The notes under the pieces were generated by a model. The model searched no databases. It was given only the letters and a program-made list of their open reading frames with translations, and was not told where the DNA came from. Positions 47,838-56,780 of a stretch of DNA of 64,000 nucleotides are shown one piece after another. Both the position numbers and the translations under genes were made by a program. The DNA comes from Nitrososphaeria archaeon. Lineage in GTDB: Archaea; Thermoproteota; Nitrososphaeria; Nitrososphaerales; JAAOZN01. The stretch's first letter is position 1. The number at the start of each line of letters is the position of its first letter. The stretch covers positions 288,001-352,000 of the forward strand of contig JARVJZ010000001.1 of assembly GCA_029775855.1 (NCBI GenBank), written 5' to 3'.

Positions 47838-49307
47838 TTGGAGAAGAAAGATAAAGTTGTAACTATACAGCCGATAACAAGGCTCGAAGGACACGGAAAG
47901 ATCAGCATCTTCCTAGACGACGAAGGCAACGTAGATGACGCATACTACCAAGTCGTGGAATTCAGAGGATTCGAAAAGTTCTGCAGAGGCAGACCTGTAG
48001 AAGAGCTACCACTCATAACACCTAGAATCTGCGGAGTATGCCCATGGGCTCACCACATGGCCTCAGCAAAGGCTGTTGACGCAGTCTATCACGTAACACC
48101 CCCTCCAGCAGGCAGAAAGCTGCGTGAGTTAGCCTACAATACATTCTATGTTCACGACCACGGTGCGGTCTTCTATGCTCTCCAAGCCCCAGACTTTGTT
48201 GTAGGCCCTACTGCACCCCGTGCTGAGCGTAATGTGCTCGGCGTAATAGCGAAGGTAGGTATGGAGCTTGTAAAGAATATACTTGCGGCTAGGCTCGAGG
48301 CTACCCGAATGCTTGAAGTGCTCGGTGGGAGAGCTGTGCACCCAGTTATGACTGTGCCTGGTGGTGTAGGTAAGCCGATAACTGAAGATCAGAGGAAGGA
48401 GTTGGAGCAACGAGCCGCTAAGATGGTTGAATTGGCTAAGTTAACTCTAAAGATCTTCAACGATGTTGTTCTTAAGAACAAGGAGTATGTCGACCTCATT
48501 ACCGGCGACATCTACGCACATAAAACCTACTACATGGGGTTAGTTGATGAAAAGGGGAAGGTCAACTTCTATGAAGGTAAGTTAAGGGTGATGGCACCAG
48601 ACGGCAAAATCGTCGCAGAATTCAACCCAAGCGAATACCTCAACTACATAGCTGAACACGTAGAGCCTTGGTCATACCTCAAATTCCCATACCTAAAGGC
48701 TGTGGGTTGGAAGGGCTTTAGAGATGGAGCGGATAGTGGCATATATCGCGTAGGCCCATTAGCGAGGCTCAACGTAAGCGATGGCTTCACAACACCCCTA
48801 GCGCAAGAAGCGTACGAAAAATTCGTATCCATATTAGGGAAACCCGCACACGCAACACTCGGCTTCCACTGGGCTAGAGTTATAGAGATCATGGCAGCGG
48901 CAGAATCAGCGCTGGAGTTAGCAAGAGACCCAGAGATTGCAAGCAAAGAAGTAAGAACAATACCAACAGCCACACCAGATGAAGGTGTAGGTGTTGTGGA
49001 AGCACCAAGAGGAGTACTAATACACCACTACAAGACAGACAGCGAAGGATTAGTAGAAGCTCTTAACCTAATAGTAGCTACAGTACACAACAACGCTGGA
49101 ATAAACCTCTCAGTCAAAAAAGCAGCCCAAAGTCTCATAAAGAACTGGCAGGTTAACGACGGGCTGCTTAACATGGTTGAGATGGCTTTCAGACCATACG
49201 ACCCCTGCTTAGCCTGCGGAACACACGCTCTACTAGGTCAGATGCCGCTGGAAGTCAACATATACGATAAAGAAAAGCGCCTCTATAAGCGGCTCACGCG
49301 AGGCTAA
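47838..49307 (+). CDS. mvhA: Group 3c NiFe hydrogenase large subunit
   Basis: TRLEGHG, L1 RICGVC, EAPRG, L2 DPCLACGTH plus cleavable C-terminal extension; Cys, not Sec. Confidence 0.96.
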   Translation: MEKKDKVVTIQPITRLEGHGKISIFLDDEGNVDDAYYQVVEFRGFEKFCRGRPVEELPLITPRICGVCPWAHHMASAKAVDAVYHVTPPPAGRKLRELAYNTFYVHDHGAVFYALQAPDFVVGPTAPRAERNVLGVIAKVGMELVKNILAARLEATRMLEVLGGRAVHPVMTVPGGVGKPITEDQRKELEQRAAKMVELAKLTLKIFNDVVLKNKEYVDLITGDIYAHKTYYMGLVDEKGKVNFYEGKLRVMAPDGKIVAEFNPSEYLNYIAEHVEPWSYLKFPYLKAVGWKGFRDGADSGIYRVGPLARLNVSDGFTTPLAQEAYEKFVSILGKPAHATLGFHWARVIEIMAAAESALELARDPEIASKEVRTIPTATPDEGVGVVEAPRGVLIHHYKTDSEGLVEALNLIVATVHNNAGINLSVKKAAQSLIKNWQVNDGLLNMVEMAFRPYDPCLACGTHALLGQMPLEVNIYDKEKRLYKRLTRG

Positions 49308-49315
49308 GCAAGGAG

Positions 49316-49329
49316 GTTCTTCTTTTTTT
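49316..49329 (+). terminator. Oligo-T terminator after mvhA
   Basis: TTCTTCTTTTTTT starting about 10 nt after the mvhA stop. Confidence 0.5.
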
Positions 49330-49407
49330 GAGCAATTCTTATTCTTACCTCTTAGCTCCTTGGTTATGTCAGTATATACCAGATATGTTAGTAAAAGATG
49401 ATGAACT

Positions 49408-50238
49408 ATGGTTGGGGCTGTAGATATAGCTGCAGCCTTTTTTGCTATAGGCGTTGTCGCATTTGTGGTAGGAGCGCTACTCAACCTTAGACTATGGCTG
49501 CTTGGCTCAGAAAGCATATCATCTACAATAACTTCAGTCATCAGAACGATCTTCAGTAAAAGAATTCTAGTAATAATCCGAACCTTCATATTCAACATAT
49601 TTGGGCAGGCACGTCTCTTCTCGGTTGATAGATTTAGAGGGTTGGAGAAGTCTTCTTTTGTTATCTTCTATGTGCTTCTGATACTCATAAACCACGTGTT
49701 AGCAGATTTAGCTGCTGGGGTCTCGACGTTAGAAGCATTTATCTACGAATTCTTTAGATCACCTTTCTTCCCAGCATACATATTTGTAGAGGTGGCAAAT
49801 GTCCAAGCACCACTTTGGCTCCTATTCTTCTTTATTGACAATCTAAGTATGGCTATTGTGCTCTTTTTCGCAGAGATGCTTGCGGTGCATCGAAGGTTCT
49901 TTAAGAAACACTTTGAAGCAGCGACAAGAGAGGATTCTATATTACTCTTCTTACCTGTGATCTGGTTTATATTTAGATATATGGCTCAAGCAGTAACTAT
50001 AGTAAAGTATGGTAGCCCAGATGGAAGCCAATTCATGTTTGTGGCGTATGGAATATCGAGGCTTTTAACAACATTAAACAGCGCTCAGCTTGATATGCTA
50101 TATAACATCTTGTGGCCTATTTCAGGTTTCTTTTTAGGTCTCTTCTTCGGTATAATACCTTACACAGGTAGGCTCTGGCACGCCTTTGCAGCACCACTTA
50201 CAATGCTCGTCAACTCAGCTGGAGGTAAGCAGCGATGA
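49408..50238 (+). CDS. HdrE/NarI-like membrane subunit (divergent)
   Basis: About 5 TM helices; C-terminal IPYTGRLWHAF; overlaps the downstream HdrD-like gene (ATGA). Confidence 0.7.
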   Translation: MVGAVDIAAAFFAIGVVAFVVGALLNLRLWLLGSESISSTITSVIRTIFSKRILVIIRTFIFNIFGQARLFSVDRFRGLEKSSFVIFYVLLILINHVLADLAAGVSTLEAFIYEFFRSPFFPAYIFVEVANVQAPLWLLFFFIDNLSMAIVLFFAEMLAVHRRFFKKHFEAATREDSILLFLPVIWFIFRYMAQAVTIVKYGSPDGSQFMFVAYGISRLLTTLNSAQLDMLYNILWPISGFFLGLFFGIIPYTGRLWHAFAAPLTMLVNSAGGKQR

Positions 50239-51458
50239 AACACTCTAAAAGACCGCTACCCCTCACAGTGCGACAGCTCATAGAATTAGATGGCTGCACA
50301 AGATGTGAAATCTGTAAAGACGAGTGCACAGTCTATAGATTGGCTAAACAAGACTCATCGATAAACTTTCCACAGAGCTACGCAGCCCTAATCCGAGGCT
50401 TCAGACAGATACTTAGAAAACAGCACGGGTTGAAGGCTAAACTCTTCGGCTCGAATCTACCAACAGAGCAGCTCAAAACATATACAGAAGGTCTATTTAG
50501 ATGCACAACCTGTGGTAGATGCCGAACCTTCTGCCCAGTCGGTATAGACACAAGGTCACTAGGTATAGCGATTAGGGAATACTTTGTGCAGCAGAAGATA
50601 TACCCAAAGAACTTTGATCTAATGAAAGAGGGTCTGAGAAGCAATTACAACGTATTTAATCTACCATACACCGAACGCACCTTCTGGGGGGATTATGCAC
50701 CAATACCCGTAAGCTTCCTAGGTCAGAGTGAGCAAGGTGAATTTGATGTGGTTTATTTTGTTGGCTGCATGACATCCTACTCACCTACAATACAAGATAT
50801 AGCTGTAGCCACAGCCTCCTTATTCGACAAGACGGGGTTGAAGTATATCTGCTTAGGGAGTGAAGAGTGGTGCTGCGGATATCCTCTCATATTAGCTGGT
50901 ATGCGCGATGAGGTTGATTGGCTTAAACAACATAACGTTGAGCGCGTAAAGGCTCTGAACCCTAAGATCATAACTTTCTCTTGCCCTTCTTGTTACCATA
51001 CTTGGGTCCACGAATACGCGCCACATTTACCTGGGGTAAGGATGATGCATAGCACACAGCTCCTTTATGAGTTGATTAAAGATGGTAGACTAAAACCTAA
51101 GCAGCTCGAGCTGAAAGTGACATACCACGATCCATGCGACCTAGGGCGAAACTCAGGCATCTACAACGAGCCTCGTGAAGTTATAAACAGCATACCAAAG
51201 ATATCGTTCAGAGATATGCCTAACACCAGAGATAAATCTTGGTGCTGCGGGGGTGGCGGCGACGTGGAGATGGTTGACGAAAACCTACCCTATAAACTTG
51301 CGAAGACCGTGCTTGATGAAGCCGAAGAAACAAATGCTGAAGCACTAATAACAGCGTGCGGCCAATGTAAACGAATCTTTCTGAAGGCTGTACCAAAGCA
51401 CGGGAAGCGTCTTAAGGTTATGGACATAAACGAATTAATGCTAAAGTCGATTGAGTGA
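50235..51458 (+). CDS. HdrD-like Fe-S/CCG oxidoreductase (copy 1)
   Basis: CTRCEICKDEC, CTTCGRCRTFCP, WCCG..CPSC, YHDPC..CCGGGG..CGQC. Confidence 0.92.
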   Translation: MKHSKRPLPLTVRQLIELDGCTRCEICKDECTVYRLAKQDSSINFPQSYAALIRGFRQILRKQHGLKAKLFGSNLPTEQLKTYTEGLFRCTTCGRCRTFCPVGIDTRSLGIAIREYFVQQKIYPKNFDLMKEGLRSNYNVFNLPYTERTFWGDYAPIPVSFLGQSEQGEFDVVYFVGCMTSYSPTIQDIAVATASLFDKTGLKYICLGSEEWCCGYPLILAGMRDEVDWLKQHNVERVKALNPKIITFSCPSCYHTWVHEYAPHLPGVRMMHSTQLLYELIKDGRLKPKQLELKVTYHDPCDLGRNSGIYNEPREVINSIPKISFRDMPNTRDKSWCCGGGGDVEMVDENLPYKLAKTVLDEAEETNAEALITACGQCKRIFLKAVPKHGKRLKVMDINELMLKSIE

Positions 51459-51488
51459 AAAGAGGGATGCTTTGAAGCGCCCATAAAT

Positions 51489-51920
51489 CTACTTCTTTAT
51501 AATCTTAGGTATCTCCTCCTTTAACCACTCGTTTACCACATTCAAATCACTCATAAGGTTCTTTAACTCTTCCTGTAGCTTTGAGGGTTTAAGAACTGCA
51601 ACCCACCCATCGCCGTAAGGATCTGAGTTAAGAAGCTTAGGCTCTGTTTTGAGTCTCTCATTCACCTCTACAATTGTTCCTGAAACAGGGGATTTTAAGG
51701 GGCCTACCCATTTGCCTGTCTCTATCGTTCCAAGCGGCTTACCCGCCTCAACTACCCTACCTTTAGGCATAAGTCTAACAAACACAATCGGCCCAGCTGC
51801 TTGCTGCGCGATATCTGTAATTCCCACTCTAACGTTATCACCTTCTTGCTTTAACCACAAATGATCTTTTGAATAATACAGCCCTTCTAGGAATTCATAT
51901 TTCTCGTGAAGCTTAACCAT
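51489..51920 (-). CDS. Glycine cleavage H-like lipoate-binding protein (LbpA-type)
   Basis: YYSKDHLW, VGITD, IETGKWVG with lipoyl Lys (AAA at 51711-51713), LNSDPYGDGW. Confidence 0.92.
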   Translation of the reverse strand: MVKLHEKYEFLEGLYYSKDHLWLKQEGDNVRVGITDIAQQAAGPIVFVRLMPKGRVVEAGKPLGTIETGKWVGPLKSPVSGTIVEVNERLKTEPKLLNSDPYGDGWVAVLKPSKLQEELKNLMSDLNVVNEWLKEEIPKIIKK

Positions 51921-52018
51921 AAGCCATCTTTATAGGTAAATGCCAAAGTATGATAAAAGTCTTACTACCCATCCAACTTAGGAACATTTTTATTCCAAAC
52001 TCTTTATAATGTTATAAG

Positions 52019-52462
52019 ATGGAGATTAAAAATCCAGATGTCGTCTCATACAGTGTTAAGGCAGATTGGGATGAGCAGAGCGGAGCAGAAATAACTAGTA
52101 GGGGTATAACAATAAGAGTTGATCTTCCGCCTGAGTTTGGAGGCTTAGGACAGCGCTTAACACCAGATGAACTCTTTTTAGGCGCAATAAGTGGATGCCT
52201 GATGATAACCTTTCTCCACTTTAGGAGAATCAATAAACTTAAGCTCCGTTTGCTACAGTGTACTATAACAAGCAAAAGAATGCAAACAGAAAAAGGATAC
52301 CGTTTGCAGAACGTGCAAGCTACTGTGCGCATAAGAGTGGACAAGAATCAAGTTGAATTAGGAAAGAAGTGCATTGAATTAGCTCGAGACTATTGTCCGC
52401 TTTTAGCGGATCTACGCTCACCAATCCATATTGATGTTCAGGGGCAAGTTGAAGAAGCCTAA
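52019..52462 (+). CDS. OsmC/Ohr family protein
   Basis: PPEFGG, TPDELFLGAISGC, DYCP (both Cys present). Confidence 0.88.
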   Translation: MEIKNPDVVSYSVKADWDEQSGAEITSRGITIRVDLPPEFGGLGQRLTPDELFLGAISGCLMITFLHFRRINKLKLRLLQCTITSKRMQTEKGYRLQNVQATVRIRVDKNQVELGKKCIELARDYCPLLADLRSPIHIDVQGQVEEA

Positions 52463-53653
52463 CTACGTTAACTCAGCTTGTATAGCAAACATTTCTAGGA
52501 TATCCAATACCTCTATACCGCTCTTAACCCTTCTGGCGGCTTCAGAAAGCGCTATCTTACAATCAGGACAGGCTGAAACTACTATATCCGCCCTTATAGC
52601 ACCAGCTTGAAAGAGTCTCCTTCCAGCTTCTTCTAATCTTCTTAAGGGGTCGACAACTTCAACTATATCACAGACTCCTGCGCCACAGCATCTTGTCTCG
52701 ACACCGTTCTCAGGAAACTCAACAACCTTATTAGCAATCTTAGCTAGTATACGCCTAGGTTCATCATACACATTTAAGCACCTTACAAGCTGGCATGGGT
52801 CGTGGTAAGCAACCTTTAGCTCAGTCTTCTTAAGTTTCTTTAACACGCCTCCCTCTAAGCGCCTATCAACGAGCTGTGTAATATGCTGAACCTTAAAGTA
52901 TGGTTTTCTGCCAATAAGTTTTGGGTATTGATTCTTCAACATATACACACAGGAGGGGCAGCTAGAGACAACCATCTTAACTCCAAGCGACTCTATGAAC
53001 TCAACATTATGAGTAGCGAGCTCCTTAGTACCAATCCGGTCTCCTATTGCTAAAAGAGGCATGCCGCAGCACCATTCATCTGCACCCAGAATCGTCCAAT
53101 CTTCGTTTAAAGTGTTTAGGGTTAAGGATGCCGCATAAGCTATATCTTGACCTTGTGCCCTATAAGATGGCGTACAGCCTACAAAATAAAGTGTTTCCGC
53201 AGATTTATTCAACTGTATTTTTGCAAGCCCTACAAAATCCACCCACATACTTCTAGCAGAAGTATCAGCGCCGTACGCATTTTTCTTTCCTCTTACAGTA
53301 TGTTGAAGGTCCACTAATGTCTTAGGTATTAGACCTTTAGATGCAAGGAGTCTTCTAAGTCTATATGACAATTCCACTACATCTAATTTATGTATACACT
53401 CTAAACATCTACCACATAAACTGCACTTATAGGTCTCTTTTAACATCTCTATATCAGTTTCACTTAAATTGGATGAGCAGTTAATCGTAAGCAGTCCTTC
53501 AGCTATCAAGCTCGGCAGAGGACGCAACTCGCCACCTTTATCTACCGCGCAGAAGCTTAAACAATTCTTACAAGCAGCGCAAATTTTAAGGGCATTAGTT
53601 TCCTCTAAACTCATACTCTCCATGGTTTGTTTACCTCCTCTAAACACTTTCAC
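52463..53653 (-). CDS. HdrD-like Fe-S/CCG oxidoreductase (copy 2)
   Basis: CAACKNCLSFC, CSLCGRCLEC, WCCG..CPSC, YHDPC..CCG..CPDC; likely start ATG 53623. Confidence 0.88.
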   Translation of the reverse strand: MKVFRGGKQTMESMSLEETNALKICAACKNCLSFCAVDKGGELRPLPSLIAEGLLTINCSSNLSETDIEMLKETYKCSLCGRCLECIHKLDVVELSYRLRRLLASKGLIPKTLVDLQHTVRGKKNAYGADTSARSMWVDFVGLAKIQLNKSAETLYFVGCTPSYRAQGQDIAYAASLTLNTLNEDWTILGADEWCCGMPLLAIGDRIGTKELATHNVEFIESLGVKMVVSSCPSCVYMLKNQYPKLIGRKPYFKVQHITQLVDRRLEGGVLKKLKKTELKVAYHDPCQLVRCLNVYDEPRRILAKIANKVVEFPENGVETRCCGAGVCDIVEVVDPLRRLEEAGRRLFQAGAIRADIVVSACPDCKIALSEAARRVKSGIEVLDILEMFAIQAELT

Positions 53654-54731
53654 GTAAAGTAGTTTCTCCTTTCTTGAGTCCAGTTTCTATTGTGATGTAG
53701 CTTCCTGACTCCTCAGTGCCTCTGTTTATCGCTATCTCAGCGATAGCTTTTAGGTCGAGGATGCTACACTTTAACTCGCATATAACATTGAGTAAAGCTG
53801 TTTTCAGCAGATTGTCGTCAAACAAGGTTGATATGTTGATAACGCTATTTTCAACTTCTTGAGTTTTCTGTGTAGCTTGTTCTATAGCATAGTTAGCTTT
53901 CTCTATATCACGCATAAGTAAAGCCTCTATCGCTTCTGACTGGATATGCAAAGTAAATCTACCAAGCTCCACAATATAACTGATGATGTCTTTGGACGGT
54001 CTTACACCATTCTCCATAATCTTGAGAACCCATTTGCATATGCTTTCGTTATGCCTAATCAATGTTTTAAGAATTCTAATTACCGCCCTATTGCCAACCA
54101 GCCATAGGTATGACTTCACTCCTAGGCTATCAGACATCACTTTATCGCTAGCCGCAGTAAGAAGCTGCCTAATTATCAGCCAATAGATTTTATCACATTC
54201 TCCACCTGTAAAGAGCACATTGTCTAAAAGGCTTCTATCCCACTCTAAGAGGGCTCGTAAGATGTTTTCTAACATCGAGTAAGTTAAAAGGTGAAGCCTT
54301 CTTATTGAGTTGTCTAGAGATGGTTTAGTTGGGTCTGCTAGGCTCTGTAGTAGAACGATGTTTTCCGTCTGCTCAACGATATGCAACCCTACTAGCTTCT
54401 GTAGGGTTTTATTAACTTCCATCATCTGTTCTGGTTTAATGCCTTGCCTTGAATGAAGCCAGATCAATTCATGCCCAACCGCATATGCGCCGATAATGAG
54501 CCTAGTAAGAAGGGTTTTAGATCTGATAGAGTCTACATTTATAACACAGACCTTTGGTGCGATGTAGAACTTGTCTCTCATCTTTGACAATCTAAGTGTG
54601 TTTTCTCCACCGTCCTCTGCTAACACATAGTCTCCTTTCTTCAGTTTAATAGATTCAACCCACTCCTTTGGTAAGGTCACAGCTAATGTTGATCTACCAA
54701 GTTTCACTACCCTACGCATCTGTGGTTTCAT
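53640..54731 (-). CDS. AbrB/MazE DNA-binding + PhoU-domain regulator
   Basis: RRVVKLGRSTLAVTLPKEW N-terminus followed by helical PhoU-like repeats; start set at ATG 54731. Confidence 0.85.
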   Translation of the reverse strand: MKPQMRRVVKLGRSTLAVTLPKEWVESIKLKKGDYVLAEDGGENTLRLSKMRDKFYIAPKVCVINVDSIRSKTLLTRLIIGAYAVGHELIWLHSRQGIKPEQMMEVNKTLQKLVGLHIVEQTENIVLLQSLADPTKPSLDNSIRRLHLLTYSMLENILRALLEWDRSLLDNVLFTGGECDKIYWLIIRQLLTAASDKVMSDSLGVKSYLWLVGNRAVIRILKTLIRHNESICKWVLKIMENGVRPSKDIISYIVELGRFTLHIQSEAIEALLMRDIEKANYAIEQATQKTQEVENSVINISTLFDDNLLKTALLNVICELKCSILDLKAIAEIAINRGTEESGSYITIETGLKKGETTLRESV

Positions 54732-54781
54732 ACAGTTCTTCGATTGCATATCTGCCTTATATTGTTTATGCATGTTAAGCA

Positions 54782-54793
54782 GGTATTAATACC
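54782..54793. promoter_or_regulatory. Perfect 12-bp palindrome GGTATTAATACC in a divergent promoter
   Basis: Seen directly between the regulator and the second H-like gene; function is inferred. Confidence 0.45.
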
Positions 54794-54836
54794 ATTACGA
54801 CTTACTCTATATAGACAGCTGGGTAAATAGAACGCG

Positions 54837-55232
54837 GTGATGCGTATGGCTAAAAAAAGCAGAATCGAGGAGGTTGTGGGTCAAGTAGTAGTTTCCCCAG
54901 ATGAGATATGGGCTAAGGTAGAGGGGAATCCTTCTGCACTGACCGTCAAGGTAGGTATAACTGATAAGCTCCAGAGGGAGCTAGGGAACATAGAGTTCGT
55001 GAGAGTGCTGCCTAAAGGAAGATATGTTGGCAGAGGATACCCATTTGGCTCCATCGAAGCTGGAAGGCGCGTCTTCCTACTAAGAGCACCTATATCAGGC
55101 TCAATACAAGAAGTAAATGAAGAACTTAGGGCTGACCCAACACTTCTAAACAAAGATCCAACTGGAAGAGGATGGGTAGCTGTCTTAAGACCTATAAACC
55201 TCGAGGAAGAGTTAGAGCATCTAAGTAAGTAG
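54837..55232 (+). CDS. Glycine cleavage H-like protein lacking the lipoyl lysine
   Basis: VGITD, GSIEAGRRV (Arg in place of Lys), APISG, LLNKDPTGRGW. Confidence 0.85.
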   Translation: MMRMAKKSRIEEVVGQVVVSPDEIWAKVEGNPSALTVKVGITDKLQRELGNIEFVRVLPKGRYVGRGYPFGSIEAGRRVFLLRAPISGSIQEVNEELRADPTLLNKDPTGRGWVAVLRPINLEEELEHLSK

Positions 55233-55337
55233 CAGCACAGCATATACGCCCATATCCATCTATTTACTTTCTTTATTACAATATAGTCTAATTGGTATTA
55301 ACATATAAGTAGACCACTGCATACATATAATCGAGAA

Positions 55338-56780
55338 ATGGGTGTAAAAGAAGAACTTATTGCCTTTTTAGGTGAGCAAGGCATTTCTGATACACAGTCT
55401 GAGAAAAAAGTCTACAGCCACGACTTAGCCCCACTACCTAGCGAAGTTTCTTGGCTCTTTAAAAGCACACCAGACCTAGTAGTTAAACCGAAATCAAAAG
55501 AGCAAGTTTCTGAAATTCTGAAGATTGCAAATAAGTATAAAATACCAGTTACACCTAGAGGCGCAGCAACCTGGGGATACGGAGGAGCGGTGCCCACAAA
55601 AGGCGGTATTCTACTCGATTTAACCGGCTTAGATCGGATACTTGAGTTTGATAAGAAGAATGGTTTAATCAAAGTTGAATGCGGAGTTGTCTGGCAGAAT
55701 CTAATAGACCTTCTTGCAGACACAGAGTGGCGTCTTCCTGTTTGTCCGTCGAGCTCTCCTAGCTCTACCGTTGGCGGTTGGGCTGCTACTGGTGGGTTGG
55801 GCTACGGCTCTCTTAAGTATGGTAGGTTTGTGGATAATGTAGTTGCAGCTACTGTAGCGCTTCCTTCTGGTGAAATAATTTCTATAGATAAGAGGTCGGC
55901 GCCACTAACTCTTGAACAAGCCTTTTCATCGGAAGGCATACTTTGCATATTTTTAGATCTAACCATTAGACTTGCACCTAAGCTAGAATCAGAGGAACCG
56001 TTTCTAGCCTACTTCTATCAGCTTCAAGGCGCGTTAAATGCGGCTTTGCGTGTTTTGGAGTCGACAAAGCCTGATACCTTAGTCCTAAGAGCCTTCGGCT
56101 TCCTAAAGGCGAGGCGAGATAAGCCCATTAAATCAATAGAAGATGCAGAATCTGGCGCAATTTTATTCGGGCTCTACACAGGCGCTAAGCCTGAGGTTGA
56201 ATCTTGGATGAAAGTTTTCCGCGATATAGCATTAGAATATGGGGGCAATGTAAGACCTTCCGCAGAAGCTTGGGAAGAATGGAATGAACGCTTCTATCCG
56301 CTGAGAATAAAGAAGTGGGGACCTACAGTCCTAACATCAGACGTTCTAATTCCTGTTAGAGCTTTACATAATATGATACTCTACTCTTGGAGGCTTGGTA
56401 AAGATTCTGGCATGGATGTTGAGCTTGAAGCAATATTTACTTCACCAGAACACGTGCTCTACTTCCCCCTCTTTCTAAGCGACGAAAGAAAGCCGATGAA
56501 ATACCTTACACACACAGCCATCACAAAGAAGCTAATAGATGAAGCGGTAAAACACGGAGGGCGCTCCTATGGATATGGAATCTGGAACTCCTTCCACCTA
56601 AAGAAGTCAGAACCAGAACGGAAGAAAGAGTTTATCACACTTAAGAAGCAGTTAGACCCTAATTCCATTCTCAACCCAGGTAAGACTATTGAAGCAAGAT
56701 CAAAGTTTGGCTTAGCCTTACCAGCACCACTTTACTCACTCTTTCTGGACGCGTTATGGATGTTTGGGAAGGTGTTGTAG
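55338..56780 (+). CDS. FAD-linked oxidoreductase (GlcD/VAO-PCMH family)
   Basis: TPRGAATWGYGG, STVGGW, SEGIL, DPNSILNPGK. Confidence 0.9.
   Translation: MGVKEELIAFLGEQGISDTQSEKKVYSHDLAPLPSEVSWLFKSTPDLVVKPKSKEQVSEILKIANKYKIPVTPRGAATWGYGGAVPTKGGILLDLTGLDRILEFDKKNGLIKVECGVVWQNLIDLLADTEWRLPVCPSSSPSSTVGGWAATGGLGYGSLKYGRFVDNVVAATVALPSGEIISIDKRSAPLTLEQAFSSEGILCIFLDLTIRLAPKLESEEPFLAYFYQLQGALNAALRVLESTKPDTLVLRAFGFLKARRDKPIKSIEDAESGAILFGLYTGAKPEVESWMKVFRDIALEYGGNVRPSAEAWEEWNERFYPLRIKKWGPTVLTSDVLIPVRALHNMILYSWRLGKDSGMDVELEAIFTSPEHVLYFPLFLSDERKPMKYLTHTAITKKLIDEAVKHGGRSYGYGIWNSFHLKKSEPERKKEFITLKKQLDPNSILNPGKTIEARSKFGLALPAPLYSLFLDALWMFGKVL

Noticed and set aside
43020-49307. Selenocysteine recoding or SECIS in hdrA/mvhD/mvhA
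   Set aside because: All frames are open with Cys at the relevant sites; no in-frame TGA
43020-49307. Evidence for methanogenesis
   Set aside because: Mvh-Hdr alone is not diagnostic; no mcr, mtr or cofactor genes in the window
51489-55232. Glycine cleavage system
   Set aside because: No P, T or L protein in the window; the KWVG motif and context fit LbpA-type carriers better
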